Assembly (NCBI RefSeq): GCF_001194135.2
Contig: NC_069005.1
Coordinates: 31,594,571 to 31,658,570, forward strand
From: Octopus bimaculoides
Lineage: Eukaryota
Reading direction: 5' to 3'
DNA length: 64,000 nucleotides
The notes under the pieces were generated by a model. The model ran no database searches and was not told where the DNA came from. It saw only the letters and a program-made list of their open reading frames with translations. The first letter of the stretch is position 1. Every line of letters starts with the position of its first letter. This document shows, in pieces, positions 38,832-51,344 of the stretch. The position numbers and the translations under genes are program-made.

Positions 38832-39224
38832 GTATCCTTACCATTTGGGACTTTTTTCACAACAGGAAAAATGTTCCTTGCACATCCACCTATCTACTCT
38901 TGTACAGGACTTTAAACAGTCACATCGTATATTATTTCCTCCCACATGGATTTGGTCTGCAGTCTGAGTTGTCTCTGTCAACTTTTGTCTTTCATCCTCA
39001 GAGGGAGGATTTCAAGCTCAGTTGTGTTCTATGTTCTTCTAAATCTTCCAATTTGCAGTTTAGTGTGTGTTCTTACTATGAATAACTGCAAATATCAGCT
39101 TTACCACACTTTTCCTTTCACTCAATGTATTAAGAATGAATATGTACATTACTGTTTTGGTTTTCTGTTCTCCATGCATGGGATTATATAATCATAAATA
39201 TAGAAATCTTGATTGATAGATATC

Positions 39225-39490
39225 CTAGATAGATAGATGGATAAATATCAATGGTAGGTGGATAGATCAACTGATAGATAGGTAGATAACAGATTGACAG
39301 ACCGACAGATTGACAGACAGCTCGACAAATAGATTGACAGATCGACAGATAGACAAATTGACAGACAGGTTGACAGACCGAGAGTGACAGATCAACAGGT
39401 AGGTAGGTAGGAAGACAACTAACCTAATAGACATTGACAGATCAACAGATAGATTGATAAATCGACAGATAGACAGACAGACAGACAGAT
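39225..39490. repeat. Degenerate (GATA/GACA)n microsatellite inside the U12-type intron
   Basis: AGAT, GACA and TTGACAGA units. Confidence 0.8.
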
Positions 39491-42393
39491 ATCTGCTAGA
39501 TTGTTGATCATATGATCATAAGTCACAGTTTTGTTTCCTCCCTTATGGAAAAGCATCTAGTGCAACTCTAATTTCCCATTGTTCCTTCTACTCTACACAA
39601 TAGTGGTTAGCAATGGGAAGGACATAACCACCAGAGCAAAATTTGCTATTCCGACAAAATGTCAAAAAGGAAGAAATTGAAGTGGAGGCTTGGAGACTTG
39701 TGAGTTCATCTCTTAGAACTAGGGAACGTTATTTTTAAAACCTCATTCTCTCTCACTGAAGTGGATTTTAAGTTTTAGCTTCCGTCACTTCATTGGAACA
39801 TTAATAGCTTTTATGTCATCATTTCCTCGAACAAATGCACTTGGAAGAAACAGCAGCACTGGTGGTTGTGGTGGTGAGGATGGTAGTGGTGGTGGCTTTA
39901 AGGAGATAGCAATGGTAGCTGTGGTAGAGGTGAGAGGCAGTGGTTGTAATGAGGATGCTAGTGCAACTTGTTTGATGGTGATAATGAGAGCTTAATGATG
40001 GTGATGGATCATATGACAGTGTTCACATATTGACAGCTGTGGTGGTAATAAAAAAAAAGCGCAACGGGCCACAATCATGGCCGTCAGGCCACAATTGTGG
40101 CCCAGATAGATGCATTTAATTTATGGGCATTTGTTGGGGTCTAATGTCACACAAATGTTCCAATACCCCTCAGAATGCAAGAGGACTAATAGTTCAACTA
40201 ATGACTTTCCAGATGGTGTAAAACTTACCACCATTATATACTAAGAAGATATTTTAACTATTTTTTGTTTTTTGTCTGCCATCGTGCCTAGTATATGAAT
40301 TCGTCTCACACGTCTTATATTAACATATTATATTGTGTCTATATGATATAAAACACAACTGGAGAAATCAACGAACATTCATATCAGCTATTATTAAGGG
40401 CAGCAAGCTGGCAGAATTGTTAGCATGCCAGGCAAAATACTTAGCAACGGTTCTGAGTTCAAACTCTGCCGAGGTCAACTTTGCCTTTCATCCTTTCGGG
40501 GTGGATGAAATAAGTACCAGTTGAGCTCTGGGGTCAATGTAATTGACTTACCATGCTCCCCAAAGGAGATTCAGTATGACACAGACTGTGACAAAGCTGG
40601 CCCTTTGAAATATACGTACAACTCATTTTTTTGCCAGCTGAGTGGACTGGTGCAATGAGAAATAAAGTGCCTTGCTCAAGGACATAATGCAGCACTGGGA
40701 ATCGAGGTCACGGCCTTACAGTCATGAACTGACTACCCTAACCACTTAGATATAGACCTTCACAAGAAGTACAGCTTATGAGAAGACTGAAGGCTGACTG
40801 CAATAAAGACAAGGGGACTGGTGTCCATTGAAATTTATCTAAATATACCACAAAAACAGGTATGCTTCCCAGTTTTTTTGTTTTTGTCTTTGTCTCTCAC
40901 CACCACTCATATTGTAAGAAACATTTCCTTTCTCTCATCTAATTGACAGGGGATTCTAACTATGAAAATGTTCACAAATATGTATATATATCCATGACCA
41001 ATGAATAATCAAAATGGAGAGGAGAAACCGGTTGAGGTTATTTTAGTTACCATTGTATTATTAATTACTCTTTCTCTTTTTGTTTTGAGAATTACACTTA
41101 GTTGTGTTTTGGTTTTGTTACTCTCTCCCCTCCTTGGCCCAGCCTCGTCTAAGCTTTTCTATTTTTCAGAATTAACACTTTCATTAACATTTTCTAAAGT
41201 AGTACGTTATGTTTTTTGTTAATTTTTTAAAATAACTGTAAATTTGGAAAGATTTAATTAACAAGCTTTATTTTTAAACTGTTTGTTTGAATTTTGTTAA
41301 ATCAGACAAAATTTGTCTGAGAAATTATTATTGTTCTTGGAGAAATCTTCTGAAATGTTGAGATTTTAGCAACCAGGATGAGGGCATTAATCCAAATATA
41401 TCAATGTATTATGATATTAGCCCTGTTGATACCAATCCAACTGTGACCACCACTGTCTCTTTCAAAGTAATCTAAATTAAAACCTTTCACCAAAATTTCA
41501 TGTTCATTTATGTTTCAAACACCATCTTAATAATGACAAAATTATCTTATTAAATTCTTGATTATTTTCAAAACTTATTGAAACAAAAGCAGTGTCTTTC
41601 AACAGAAATATGACAAGAGAAGGATTAACCCTTTTGCTACCAACTCACCTGAGACATGTCCTGCTTCTATGATATACAAACTTCCTGTTTTAATCCTTTA
41701 GCATTTAGATTTTTCTGTCAATTGTAAAGCTTGTCTATTCACATTATTTCAAATTAGGCATTATCTCATAGCTTTAAGAATTCAATAATGTGACTGTTGC
41801 ATTTTTAAAATGACATTGTAGGGTAGGTGTGAAAGATCGAATCTGGCTAGTTGAACATAAAACATTAAATATCTGGGCTGGATATGGCCAGTTTAAATAC
41901 TGAAGTGATCTAAATTTTAAATCTGCCATTTAAATTTCATGTTAATTAATATTCCAAATACCAGCTTAATAATGACAGTTATTTTTAGTAAGTTCGTTGT
42001 TATTTTCAAAATTAGTTGAAACCTAGGCAACATATTTCAACAGAAATATAGTAACAGTTGGGTTTAGTTGATGTTTGAAATATAGCAAACAAAATATTCT
42101 GATATAAAAGAAAATTTCGAGTTTCAGTTGAAATACAAACATTTTTAAAAGGAACAGTTTTGTACCCTGGAAACTAGAGGTTGGATTGTTATCAAGAGTT
42201 TAGGCTGGGTGGATTTGTAATTTAGTCTCCAACCTACTCGAGATTGTATTTTTGAGATGTATAGAGATGTATTTTTGGAGCGTTGTAACAGCAGTTTCTT
42301 GCCATCCTCATGCATTATTTCTCTTCCGTTGTCTTCAAATCAATGAATGTAAAAAACACGAACAAGTTTCAATTCCTTGACCTCAGCTGTTAG

Positions 42394-42500
42394 CATGAGC
42401 ATTGTCAACTTAATTCTAAAGCCAGTCTCCTGTTTCTTACTGTATCGTATCTATCAAGATCGAGGAGGAATCTATGAGACATTCAGCATACCAGGCCTCA
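42394..42500 (+). CDS. AGTRAP: AGTRAP-like exon 6: MSIVNLILKPVSCFLLYRIYQDRGGIYETFSIPGL
   Basis: Matches human MAILSLLLKPLSCCFVYHMYRERGG. Preceded by U12 branch site TTCCTTGAC (42373-42381) and TAG at 42391-42393; donor A|GTAAGT. Confidence 0.92.
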
Positions 42501-43317
42501 GTAAGTAGACTTTGTATGTCTCCTCTTTTTGTTCTTTCAGTTTTGTTTGTTCTTGTGGTTCTTTCTGATAATGGACATTAATACAAGAGATAATATCTGT
42601 CTCATCACAATGGGAGATGGGATTTGAAAATATATAGAGTTCACATATTTATCTTCTTTTTATCTATTACAAAATTCCTAAAAATTTCTAATTCGTAGTA
42701 ATTCTGTGTTCCACTATTTCATTCTTTTTAGAACTCTTCAGCATATTTCATTAAAATTAAGCTGAATTTAACTGCAATGTAGAAGAAATTCATACTACAA
42801 GCAGTACTGTTCATATAGTGTAGTCTATACTGCTAACAATAAAGGCACTTTGTTAGTCACGATAATTAGGGTTCTGGTTAATTGGATCAACGGAACAGCT
42901 GCACATGGATCATCATGCAAGAGGTTGAGCGCTTCACAGACACATGTTCCCTTAATGTAGTTCTCAGAGATATTCGGTGTGGCACAGAATATTTGGCCTT
43001 TGAATTACGGGTACAACTCGTTTTTGCCAGCTGAGTGGACTGGAGCAATGTGAAATAAAGCGTCTTGCTCAAGGACACAAGGCACAGCTGGGAATTGAAC
43101 TCGTGACCTTATGATTATGATCCAAATACCCTAACCACTTAGCCACATGCCTTCACACTACAAATAATAGTGTGCTCCCAAAACATGCCAATCAGCCATC
43201 ACTACCCCCATTTTAAATAGCTTTTGTTTCCATGGTTACTCTATTGTTATTCTTATTTGTTCATGTTTGTTTTATCTTGTGTTGATTTTATTTATTTTTT
43301 TGTATTTTATTTTTTAG

Positions 43318-43427
43318 CATCCCATACAGGTGGAACATATGAAAACATTGATCAACCTGTCCCCACTAACAACCTCGAGGCAGCGTCCCCTCGTCATATG
43401 GCAGACAAGCTCCCTCTGGACCCCTGA
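43318..43427 (+). CDS. AGTRAP: AGTRAP-like exon 7, last coding exon: (T)SHTGGTYENIDQPVPTNNLEAASPRHMADKLPLDP*
   Basis: Acceptor TTTTTTAG|C. YENID matches human YQTID. The spliced CDS totals 27+35+115+94+31+107+110 = 519 nt, which is 172 aa plus stop with no internal stop. Confidence 0.9.
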
Positions 43428-43737
43428 AGTAACGAGAGGAAGCTGAGTTTACATGCAACAAGTTATTGATGGCAAGGTAATTCACAATGTCTTTCTTTTT
43501 TTAACACTTTGGTATTCAAACAGGCCAGATCTGGCTTCTCACGTCTATCTTATAATGTCATTCTTAAAATAAACTATTACTTTGTCAAAGTCTCAAAGCC
43601 TCATGATTAATACAAAACAATGTGAATAAATAAGCATTACATTTGACAGAGCAATCTGAATGCTAAAGGGGTTTATATTTTGAATTTATTTTAACAAAAA
43701 AAAAGCTTTTTAAGGTTTATTCACAAGCAGTACTGCT

Positions 43738-44075
43738 GGACTACTGACCACATGGTCTGCAAGGGCTGGTCTAACTTCATGGTCAAGTGCTGGACAATTT
43801 GACCACATGGACTCCTGGTGTTGGACTACAAACCACACGATCTCCCGGTACTGGACTAACCAACCACACAGTCTCTAGGTGCTGGACAAATGACCACATG
43901 GTCTGCAAATGCTGGTCTGACACCATGGTCAAATGCTGAACAAATGACCACATGGTCTCCTGGTGTTGGACTGCTTAACCACATGGTCTCCTGGTGTTGG
44001 TCTACCAACCACATGGTCTCCAGACACTGGACTAACCTACCACACGGTCTTTAAGTTCTGGACTGCTGACCACTG
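43738..44075. repeat. ~30-bp degenerate minisatellite (ACCACATGGTCTCCTGGTGTTGGACTA..) with a ~146-bp higher-order duplication
   Basis: About 12 units. The block starting at ~43747 is repeated at ~43892. Confidence 0.85.
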
Positions 44076-45191
44076 GTTGCTATGGTATGAAATGGCATAT
44101 GATATTAGGTCATCTCCCAGACCAGACACCTTATTCAAACAATTGCAAGAGTCAGGACCCAAGGGACAAATAATGATATTAAACTGGGCAACAGATTAGT
44201 TCTGTCATCCAGCAGGCTTCCACACAGTTTCCATCTCCCAAATTTTATTCCTAAAGCTTAGGTAAGGCATGGGTAACCTTCTTCAAGAAGCAGTCCCCTT
44301 AAGACACGGCTCAATCAAGTGGGCTGTCGTACTGAAATAAATGAAGGCTATTTTCATCAGGCACAGCTTTCAGAATGTCCCACAGGCTGCAGTTTGCCCA
44401 GGACTAGTTCCGGGTCAATGTGAGGTTGGGGTTGAAGTCTGTTGTCCCAGTTTAGTTGAGAGAAATTTGGCTGGTATTTTTAGCCAGTGGATCAACGACA
44501 TAGACATAGAGGCAGTCTAGTTGGCTCCCCCCACCAATTTTTTTCTTCTTTTTAATTTTATGGAAGCAAAGATTTACCCCTCTCTCTTCTTCTTCCTCTT
44601 CTCCATTTCTTTACATATTTTATATTTTGAACTATTTTTTTTTTTTGTTATTGTTGTTTCCTGTTTGAAATACTTTTTTTTTTCTGTTTTTCTTTTTCTC
44701 TTTCAGAAGAAAGGAGCCTCAGTTTCTCTGGCTTATTTCTTGAATTAATAAAAGAAGAATGTGAAGAATTACAAAAACAACAAACACCACCACCACCAAC
44801 AACAACAACAACAACTACTACTACTACTACTACATATAGAACAACAACAACATTGTAATCATTATCATCATCAGTATTTTTTCTCTTCCCATTACTTTCC
44901 AAATTTTCAGAATTGAATAAATTTCTTTTATTTTAAATCAGCCCTTACTCCTACCCTTAAATATGGCCTCAACCTAATTTAATTTGGGAGTAAAAGGATT
45001 ACATTTTGGGGTAGACTTTCCGTCATCAGCCATCAGCATTGTTGTCATCAATCTCACTCTAGAACTTTCTACTTCAAAAGTCTTTCCCATTCGTTTTGCT
45101 CATTTGTTCCTGCTTTCACTAATCTCTTTGCTACTACTACTACTACTACTACTGCACATTTTTCTTTTTTTCCTCAATTAATTCAGTCCAT

Positions 45192-45228
<37 letters not shown>

Positions 45229-45748
45229 NNNNNNNNNNNNNNNNNNNNNNNNNNNNNNNNNNNNNNNNNNNNNNNNNNNNNNNNNNNNNNNNNNNNNNNN
45301 NNNNNNNNNNNNNNNNNNNNNNNNNNNNNNNNNNNNNNNNNNNNNNNNNNNNNNNNNNNNNNNATAAAGAAATGAATGAGACAATGGATAGTAACATTCT
45401 TTATTTCATACCTTTACTAATGCTTCCACACGTCGTTACACCCGTAGTACTTTGGTGAGATGATATAATTAGCATATTGTGCAATTACTGCCATCCATCA
45501 CCAATGTACTATGGGTGTAACGATGTGTGGAAATAATTGTAACGATGTGAAATGAAGAATGTCGTGCAATCATTTTCTCTTATTCATCTGTTTATATAAA
45601 CTTTACACATACTATGGAATTCCAGATATATATCCAGTGACAGGAGTATTCCTACTGAATGATGACATTTGATAGCCAATAACTGTGGAAGAGCTTTGTA
45701 TAGCATAGTACAAGGTTTTTACCCAAATTTTATTCCACTATTCATATA

Positions 45749-45831
<83 letters not shown>

Positions 45832-47499
45832 TTAGTGTTGACTGTTGGAAGAAAGAGTACTTTATGCCATAGTAGAGTTTAATATTTTATTTTGGTTTGA
45901 GTCTGTTGCTTCTCTGAGTATCGCCTGTAGGTGGACAGGGTTTTAGGCGAGTTGTCATAACTTGCTTGGATACCCTGTGCACCCTCAAGCGAAATTCAGA
46001 GAAGCAGGAGATTGACTCCACCAAACTAACTAAATAAATATACACTCAAGCATAAGCATGCACTCATACACACACACATACAGACACTGTCTTGGTTTGT
46101 TTTGAAGTATTTCATGTTTTCGTTTTGTTTTCTTTCTTCTGTTGATTTTTTTTCATTTACATTTCTGATTAATTTATTCAAAAACTATATTTGTTGAGAT
46201 TATTTTTTTAAATCTTTGAAATTCAGTTACTCTCTCTCTCTCTCTCTCTCACATACACACACACATGCATGTGTGTATATACTCATATACATGTTTGTGT
46301 GTGTGTATATACATATATAACAAATATATACATGCATACATACATACATACATGCACGTATGTGAAACAACTAGCAGTTTTGTCATTGTCTTTATCTGTA
46401 GACCTGTAGGTTTACATCCAATTTCATCATTTCCATTTCCTACATTACATGAAGCAACAATAAGGTGAAATCCCCTCTCAAATTATAATATTTTCCTTTT
46501 TATTTTTTTGATATTTCCTCCCTTTGTCCACAATCTCAATTCTAATTTAAAAAGAAAATATCAAATTTCATTTGGGAAAGAAATAAATGAAATATAACAC
46601 TAATAATAATAATAATAATAATAATGATAATAAAATCTGGTGTGTTCAGTGAATGTGATATACAATATAACTCCAAGGCATGTTTACCTTGTTGTTTTAT
46701 ATATAATAGACAAAATTTATCACACCAGATGAAGACCAGGATCAAATCCTGGTCCCTGCTTTTCATGTTTTTTTTTTTTTGTTTTTTTGCTACATTCTAC
46801 CTCCCTGTCCTCATCCTTCTGTCCCCACTCCCCCAGTTTTTTTCTAGTTATTTTTATTGTCAGGCAACAATCTCCCCCCTCCCCACCTACCTCTCATCCA
46901 CTCCCACTTTCTGCTGATTTTCAGTTACAAAATTTTGACATAATATATATATGTACATACATACATATATATATATACATATGTATATATATATATATAC
47001 ATACATATATATATACACATACATATATATGTATATATATATAGATATATACACATACATTTGCATTCCTACATAAATATATTTATACATTCATACGTAT
47101 GTACATACATTCATATATATNNNNNNNNNNTACATACACTCAAAAATAAACCTGATGAACCAATAAATGAATAAATAACAACAACAATTTAAAATATGAA
47201 GAGACAAAAATATCTATATATTTTTATTTGTTAAATTACTTGTTTAGCTATTTTTTTGCCTGACTAGCCCTGCATATAATTTGGAAATAAAATAATTTTA
47301 AAAAAATGAGAAAACTGTGAAACAATAAAAAACAACAAAAAGTGAAAATTTGAAAAAAAAAACAAAAAAAACACAAAAAAACAATTGAAAAAAATTTGTC
47401 TATCTGTGTGTCTACTCAATGCTAATTTGAAGTTTTAAATAAAATTAGAATTAAATGTTAAATTTGTTTTGTTGCCTTTTGTTTATGTTATGACTAATA

Positions 47500-47790
47500 A
47501 TATCAAGTGTCCAATAAAGAAGTGATGACTGACGCTGCAGTGAATAGGAAACTGCTTCATGAGACAAGGGCCAAGCAACCGAGATTTCGGGGTCATGAGA
47601 TGAGGAAAGAGGGCTTGGAGAATTTAGAAATGACCAGAAAGAATTGAAGGGAAAAGAAGCAGAGGAAAGAGAAGAAGGATATGGATGGCCAAGATTGATG
47701 AATTGGTTGGAAGAAAGTGACATTAAAAATCAGGAAGTGGAACTGTTACAAAATTCAAAGAACAAAGAATTGCAGCAGGATATGTCTTCT
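47500..47790 (+). mobile_element. Degraded RTE-clade LINE, C-terminal region of the reverse transcriptase ORF
   Basis: Translates with one frameshift as FRGHEMRKEGLENLEMTRK / IEGKRSRGKRRRIWM, matching the RTE motif GH(V)MR...GKIEGKRSRGR.R..W. Confidence 0.7.
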
Positions 47791-48315
47791 TGTGTCCTAC
47801 ATTCTGCACATCTCACCTAAAGATTATTAACCTTAACATGTTGCCTGGTTTAAGACCACAACTTGGTACACTTTGAGGAAAGAATTGACATAGTTCTGTT
47901 TAGCAGGTATGGTAAGAACAGCAACATCTAAAAAAAACACTAATTAACCTGAAATTTTGATAGGTTTTGATTAAGCTCTCTTTAAAACAGAAACTTTGTA
48001 TCATAGAAGCAGGAATAGTCTCAGACAGGTTAATCAACTAAAAAGGTTAATCAACCATAAATCAATGGTTGTCGACCATTTTGTCTTCATGGTGCACTGA
48101 ATATCAGATAAAATATCATTGGTGCATTCCTCACGGAAAATAAAGAAAAAAATATAGAAATTTTTTAATTTTTAAAAAATTTGTAGAAAACTGTTATCTT
48201 GATTTATTAAACACACTTTTATATAATGACATCATGAATAACATTTTTCAATCATTTAAGCATTGGGATATTCTATATCTTAAAATACATTTTTTGAAAA
48301 TCTATGGTGCACCAT

Positions 48316-48739
48316 TTAACCTATTTGTTACCATATGTTAAAATCCACTGCTTTTGTTTCAATTAATTTTGAAAATATCAAAGAATTTAGTAAAATAATT
48401 TTGTCATTACTAAGCTGGTTTTTGAAACAAAAAGTAACATGAAATTTTTTAATGGAAGATTTTAATTTAGATTACTTTTAAAACAAGAAATTTGTATCAC
48501 AGACTTATGGGCAGTCTCAGGCAGATTGGTGTCAAAAGAGTTAATCCTTTTGTTACTATATTCCTGTTGAAATACATGACTTTTTGTTTCAATTTTGGAA
48601 ATAATGAATAATTTAGTAAAACAGCTGGGGTTTGGAACAAAAATTAGCATGAAATTTTGATTGAAGGTTTTATTTAAAACAGTAAGTTTGTATCACAGAA
48701 CAAGTAGAGTCTCTGGTGGGTTGGTGTCAAAAGGGTTAA
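48316..48739. mobile_element. Two head-to-tail piggyBac-like MITEs type 2 sharing one TTAA (48541-48544)
   Basis: TTAA-CC(T/C)(A/T)TTTGTTAC...GGTGTCAAAAG(A/G)G-TTAA occurs twice. A third interrupted copy follows to ~49140, and reverse copies lie at ~41395-41630 and ~41625-42065. Confidence 0.7.
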
Positions 48740-49797
48740 TACTATTGACACCATATTCCTGTTGAAATACATGTGTAGGGCACTGCTCATGGGCTGATAA
48801 CAGATGAGCTGTAGATAAGAACTTCACTGTGGGCTACATAGTGAGCTGGTCTGCAGAGAAGGGACTTCTGGTTTAGCAGGAAAGGTGTCTGGGGATTTAG
48901 ATGGCCAATCATATTCGCCCACAAAGTATGCAGCTGATTGAAGCGAAATAAACAATGCACCTACACACCAAAGCTATATATGGCTTTCTGTCTCAGTTTG
49001 AAAATAATGAAGAATTTAGCAAAAATAGCTAGTGTTTGGAACAAAATTTAATATGAAATTTTGATGGAAGGTTTTAATTTAAGTAATTTTAAAATAGTGA
49101 GTTTGTGTCATAGAACCAAGGTGTGTGTCAGTTTGTCAACAAGTAAAAACCATTGCCAGATATAGGACATCCGATATGCTTGTGTACATAAAGTTGAGAT
49201 AAGAAATGTATTCGTTTCAAATTCCAAATTGACTAGAATTTAATATACATTATGTTTACAATAAGTTTCAGTCAAATCACAAACACATACACACACACAA
49301 ACATATATATGTATGCATTTATGTCAGCTAAACAAGTTAGATAAAATGTTTACTTGTGCTATTTAAAATAGGCCAGCTTTTTTAACAATCTTACGATAGA
49401 TCTATGTTGTTTAGCCCTAGGCCAACTCTGATCATCGAAGTATTTCATCCATGACGAACACATTTTGTTTTCAAATAATGTATCCAGGGCAGCATTATTC
49501 AATGTGACTTTCCTGTTTTTAAGGTGGTAAGTTTTGGTTTGAAGGAGAAATTTGGCTGGTATTTCTAGCAGGGCCAGTGACCACATAGTTCATTCATTCT
49601 GACTAAAGAATGAATGACTGATCTATTGATTAACAAGCTATAGTAGAAGACACTTGCCCAAGGTGCCACGCAGTTGGACTGAACCTGGAACCATGTGGTT
49701 GATAAGCAAGCTACTTACCACACAGCCACGCTTTTTTTTTTCTTTTTTCTTAGTTGTAACACATATGAGCACAGTATAGAACAATTTCTCCCATACA

Positions 49798-49874
49798 CAG
49801 GGTGCAGCAGAAAATTTGCCCCGATTTCAAATTATTAACCTTTGAAATCAGGGCAACCTTTCTTCCGCACCCTG
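49798..49874. mobile_element. Tc1/mariner-type mini-MITE (77 bp)
   Basis: Imperfect ~35-bp TIRs starting CAGGGTG. Flanked by TA on the right and CA (possibly mutated TA) on the left. Confidence 0.6.
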
Positions 49875-50260
49875 TATACAGTGTAATATATATACACAAA
49901 TGCCTCCTTTATNNNNNNNNNNNNNNNNNNNNNNNNNNNNNNNNNNNNNNNNNNNNNNNNNNNNNNNNNNNNNNNNNNNNNNNNNNNNNNNNNNNNNNNN
50001 NNNNNNNNNNNNNNNNNNNNNNNNNNNNNNNNNNNNNNNNNNNNNNNNNNNNNNNNNNNNNNNNNNNNNNNNNNNNNNNNNNNNNNNNNNNNNNNNNNNN
50101 NNNNNNNNNNNNNNNNNNNNNNNNNNNNNNNNNNNNNNNNNNNNNNNNNNNNNNNNNNNNNNNNNNNNNNNNNNNNNNNNNNNNNNNNNNNNNNNNNNNN
50201 NNNNNNNNNNNNNNNNNNNNNNNNNNNNNGCTCTCCAGGCTTTGTGCCTATAGTAGGAAA

Positions 50261-50632
50261 GAGTCGCTGTGTGGTAAGAAGTTTGCTTCCCAACCGCGTG
50301 GTTCCAGGTTCAGTCTCACTATGTGGCACCTTGGGCAAGTGACTTAAGCCTAGGGCTGACCAAAGCCTTGTGAGTGGATTGGGTAGGCAGAAACTATATG
50401 AAGCCCGTCGTATATGTGTGAGTGTGAGTGTCTATGTATCTTTGTTCACCCCACACACACACACACCAACCGGTGTTGGTGTGTTTACGTCCTCGTAACT
50501 TAGTGGTTCGGCAATAGATACCGATAGAATAAGTACCAAGCTTTAAAAAAAAGGGGTCGACTCGTTAAACTAAGAATCCAAGGCGGTACCCCCAGCATGG
50601 CTGCAGTATAATGCCTGAAACATGTAAAAGAG
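50261..50632 (+). mobile_element. SINE family B, ending ~190 bp upstream of the XXYLT1 ATG
   Basis: Head GCTGTGTGGTAAGAAGTTTGCTTCCCAACC through tail CCTGAAACATGTAAAAGAG. Confidence 0.8.
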
Positions 50633-50825
50633 AAACACATATACGCGCGCGCGCGCACATACATACATACACTTACATATACACACAGACAAGCACAAAC
50701 ACACACACACACGCACACAAACGCGCACACGTACCTCTGGTAACGTTTACACAAAGAGCCATTGAGGTCATCAATTACGTGTGTGAGGACCATGAAGGGC
50801 CGCTTGTGTCGTTCAGTAATCAATT

Positions 50826-51344
50826 ATGGCGGAAAGGCGCCGGGCAGCACCTGTCTCAGACAACGAAGTATCACCGGAGAGTCTTCGCACTTACAAATCC
50901 AAAAGACATGCTAATACCAAAGAGAAAAGCTTCTTCGATACCCACTTGAAAAGGAAATTCTTATTAGGGGTCCTCATCGTTTCTCTGTTGTTGTTTTTCT
51001 GTTTCGTATTATGGAATACCTTTTTTTCAGACTTAGATCAGGACTCGGACGGCGTAAAACGTTCGTCCAGCTCCCATTCTCAACCTCTTAATTACAGGAC
51101 TGGTTCCGGTAATTTAAAAGGGTTTCGGGATATTAAAGACCAGATCAACATCGTACTCACTTTCACAAATATCGAAAAAAACCCGCGCTTGAGAGAAAAG
51201 TTGAAGATATGCGTGAATTCAATTTTGAAACACACTTCAAGTAAATTGGTTATTTTTCTCATCGGCGATCGTTTCAGCCAAATTGTGGCAGGAGAAATCA
51301 TCGATGGTGCTGCTCTTGCTGTCAATTCCAGGATCAGGTATCAA
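50826..51344 (+). CDS. XXYLT1: Xyloside xylosyltransferase 1 (GT8 family), coding exon 1
   Basis: 173 codons with type II topology: short N-terminus, transmembrane FLLGVLIVSLLLFFCFVLW, stem region. Donor CAA|GTAAGT, phase 0. Confidence 0.88.

Noticed and set aside
42384-42386. Alternative acceptor CAG for AGTRAP exon 6
   Set aside because: It is only 6 nt from the U12 branch A, is out of phase with the GTATCCTT donor, and gives a poorer protein match.
47815-47950. Exon-like segment on the minus strand (TTTCAG...AG|GTGAG); a similar one at ~58147-58360
   Set aside because: All three frames contain stops and no partner exons were found.
430-49600. Dozens of 60-300-aa ORFs rich in CV, HT, YI, LS or X
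   Set aside because: They are translations of (CA)n, (TA)n and (CT)n microsatellites, SINE bodies or N-gaps, with no domain-like sequence. The only exception is the tail of ORF 43224-43427, which is AGTRAP exon 7.
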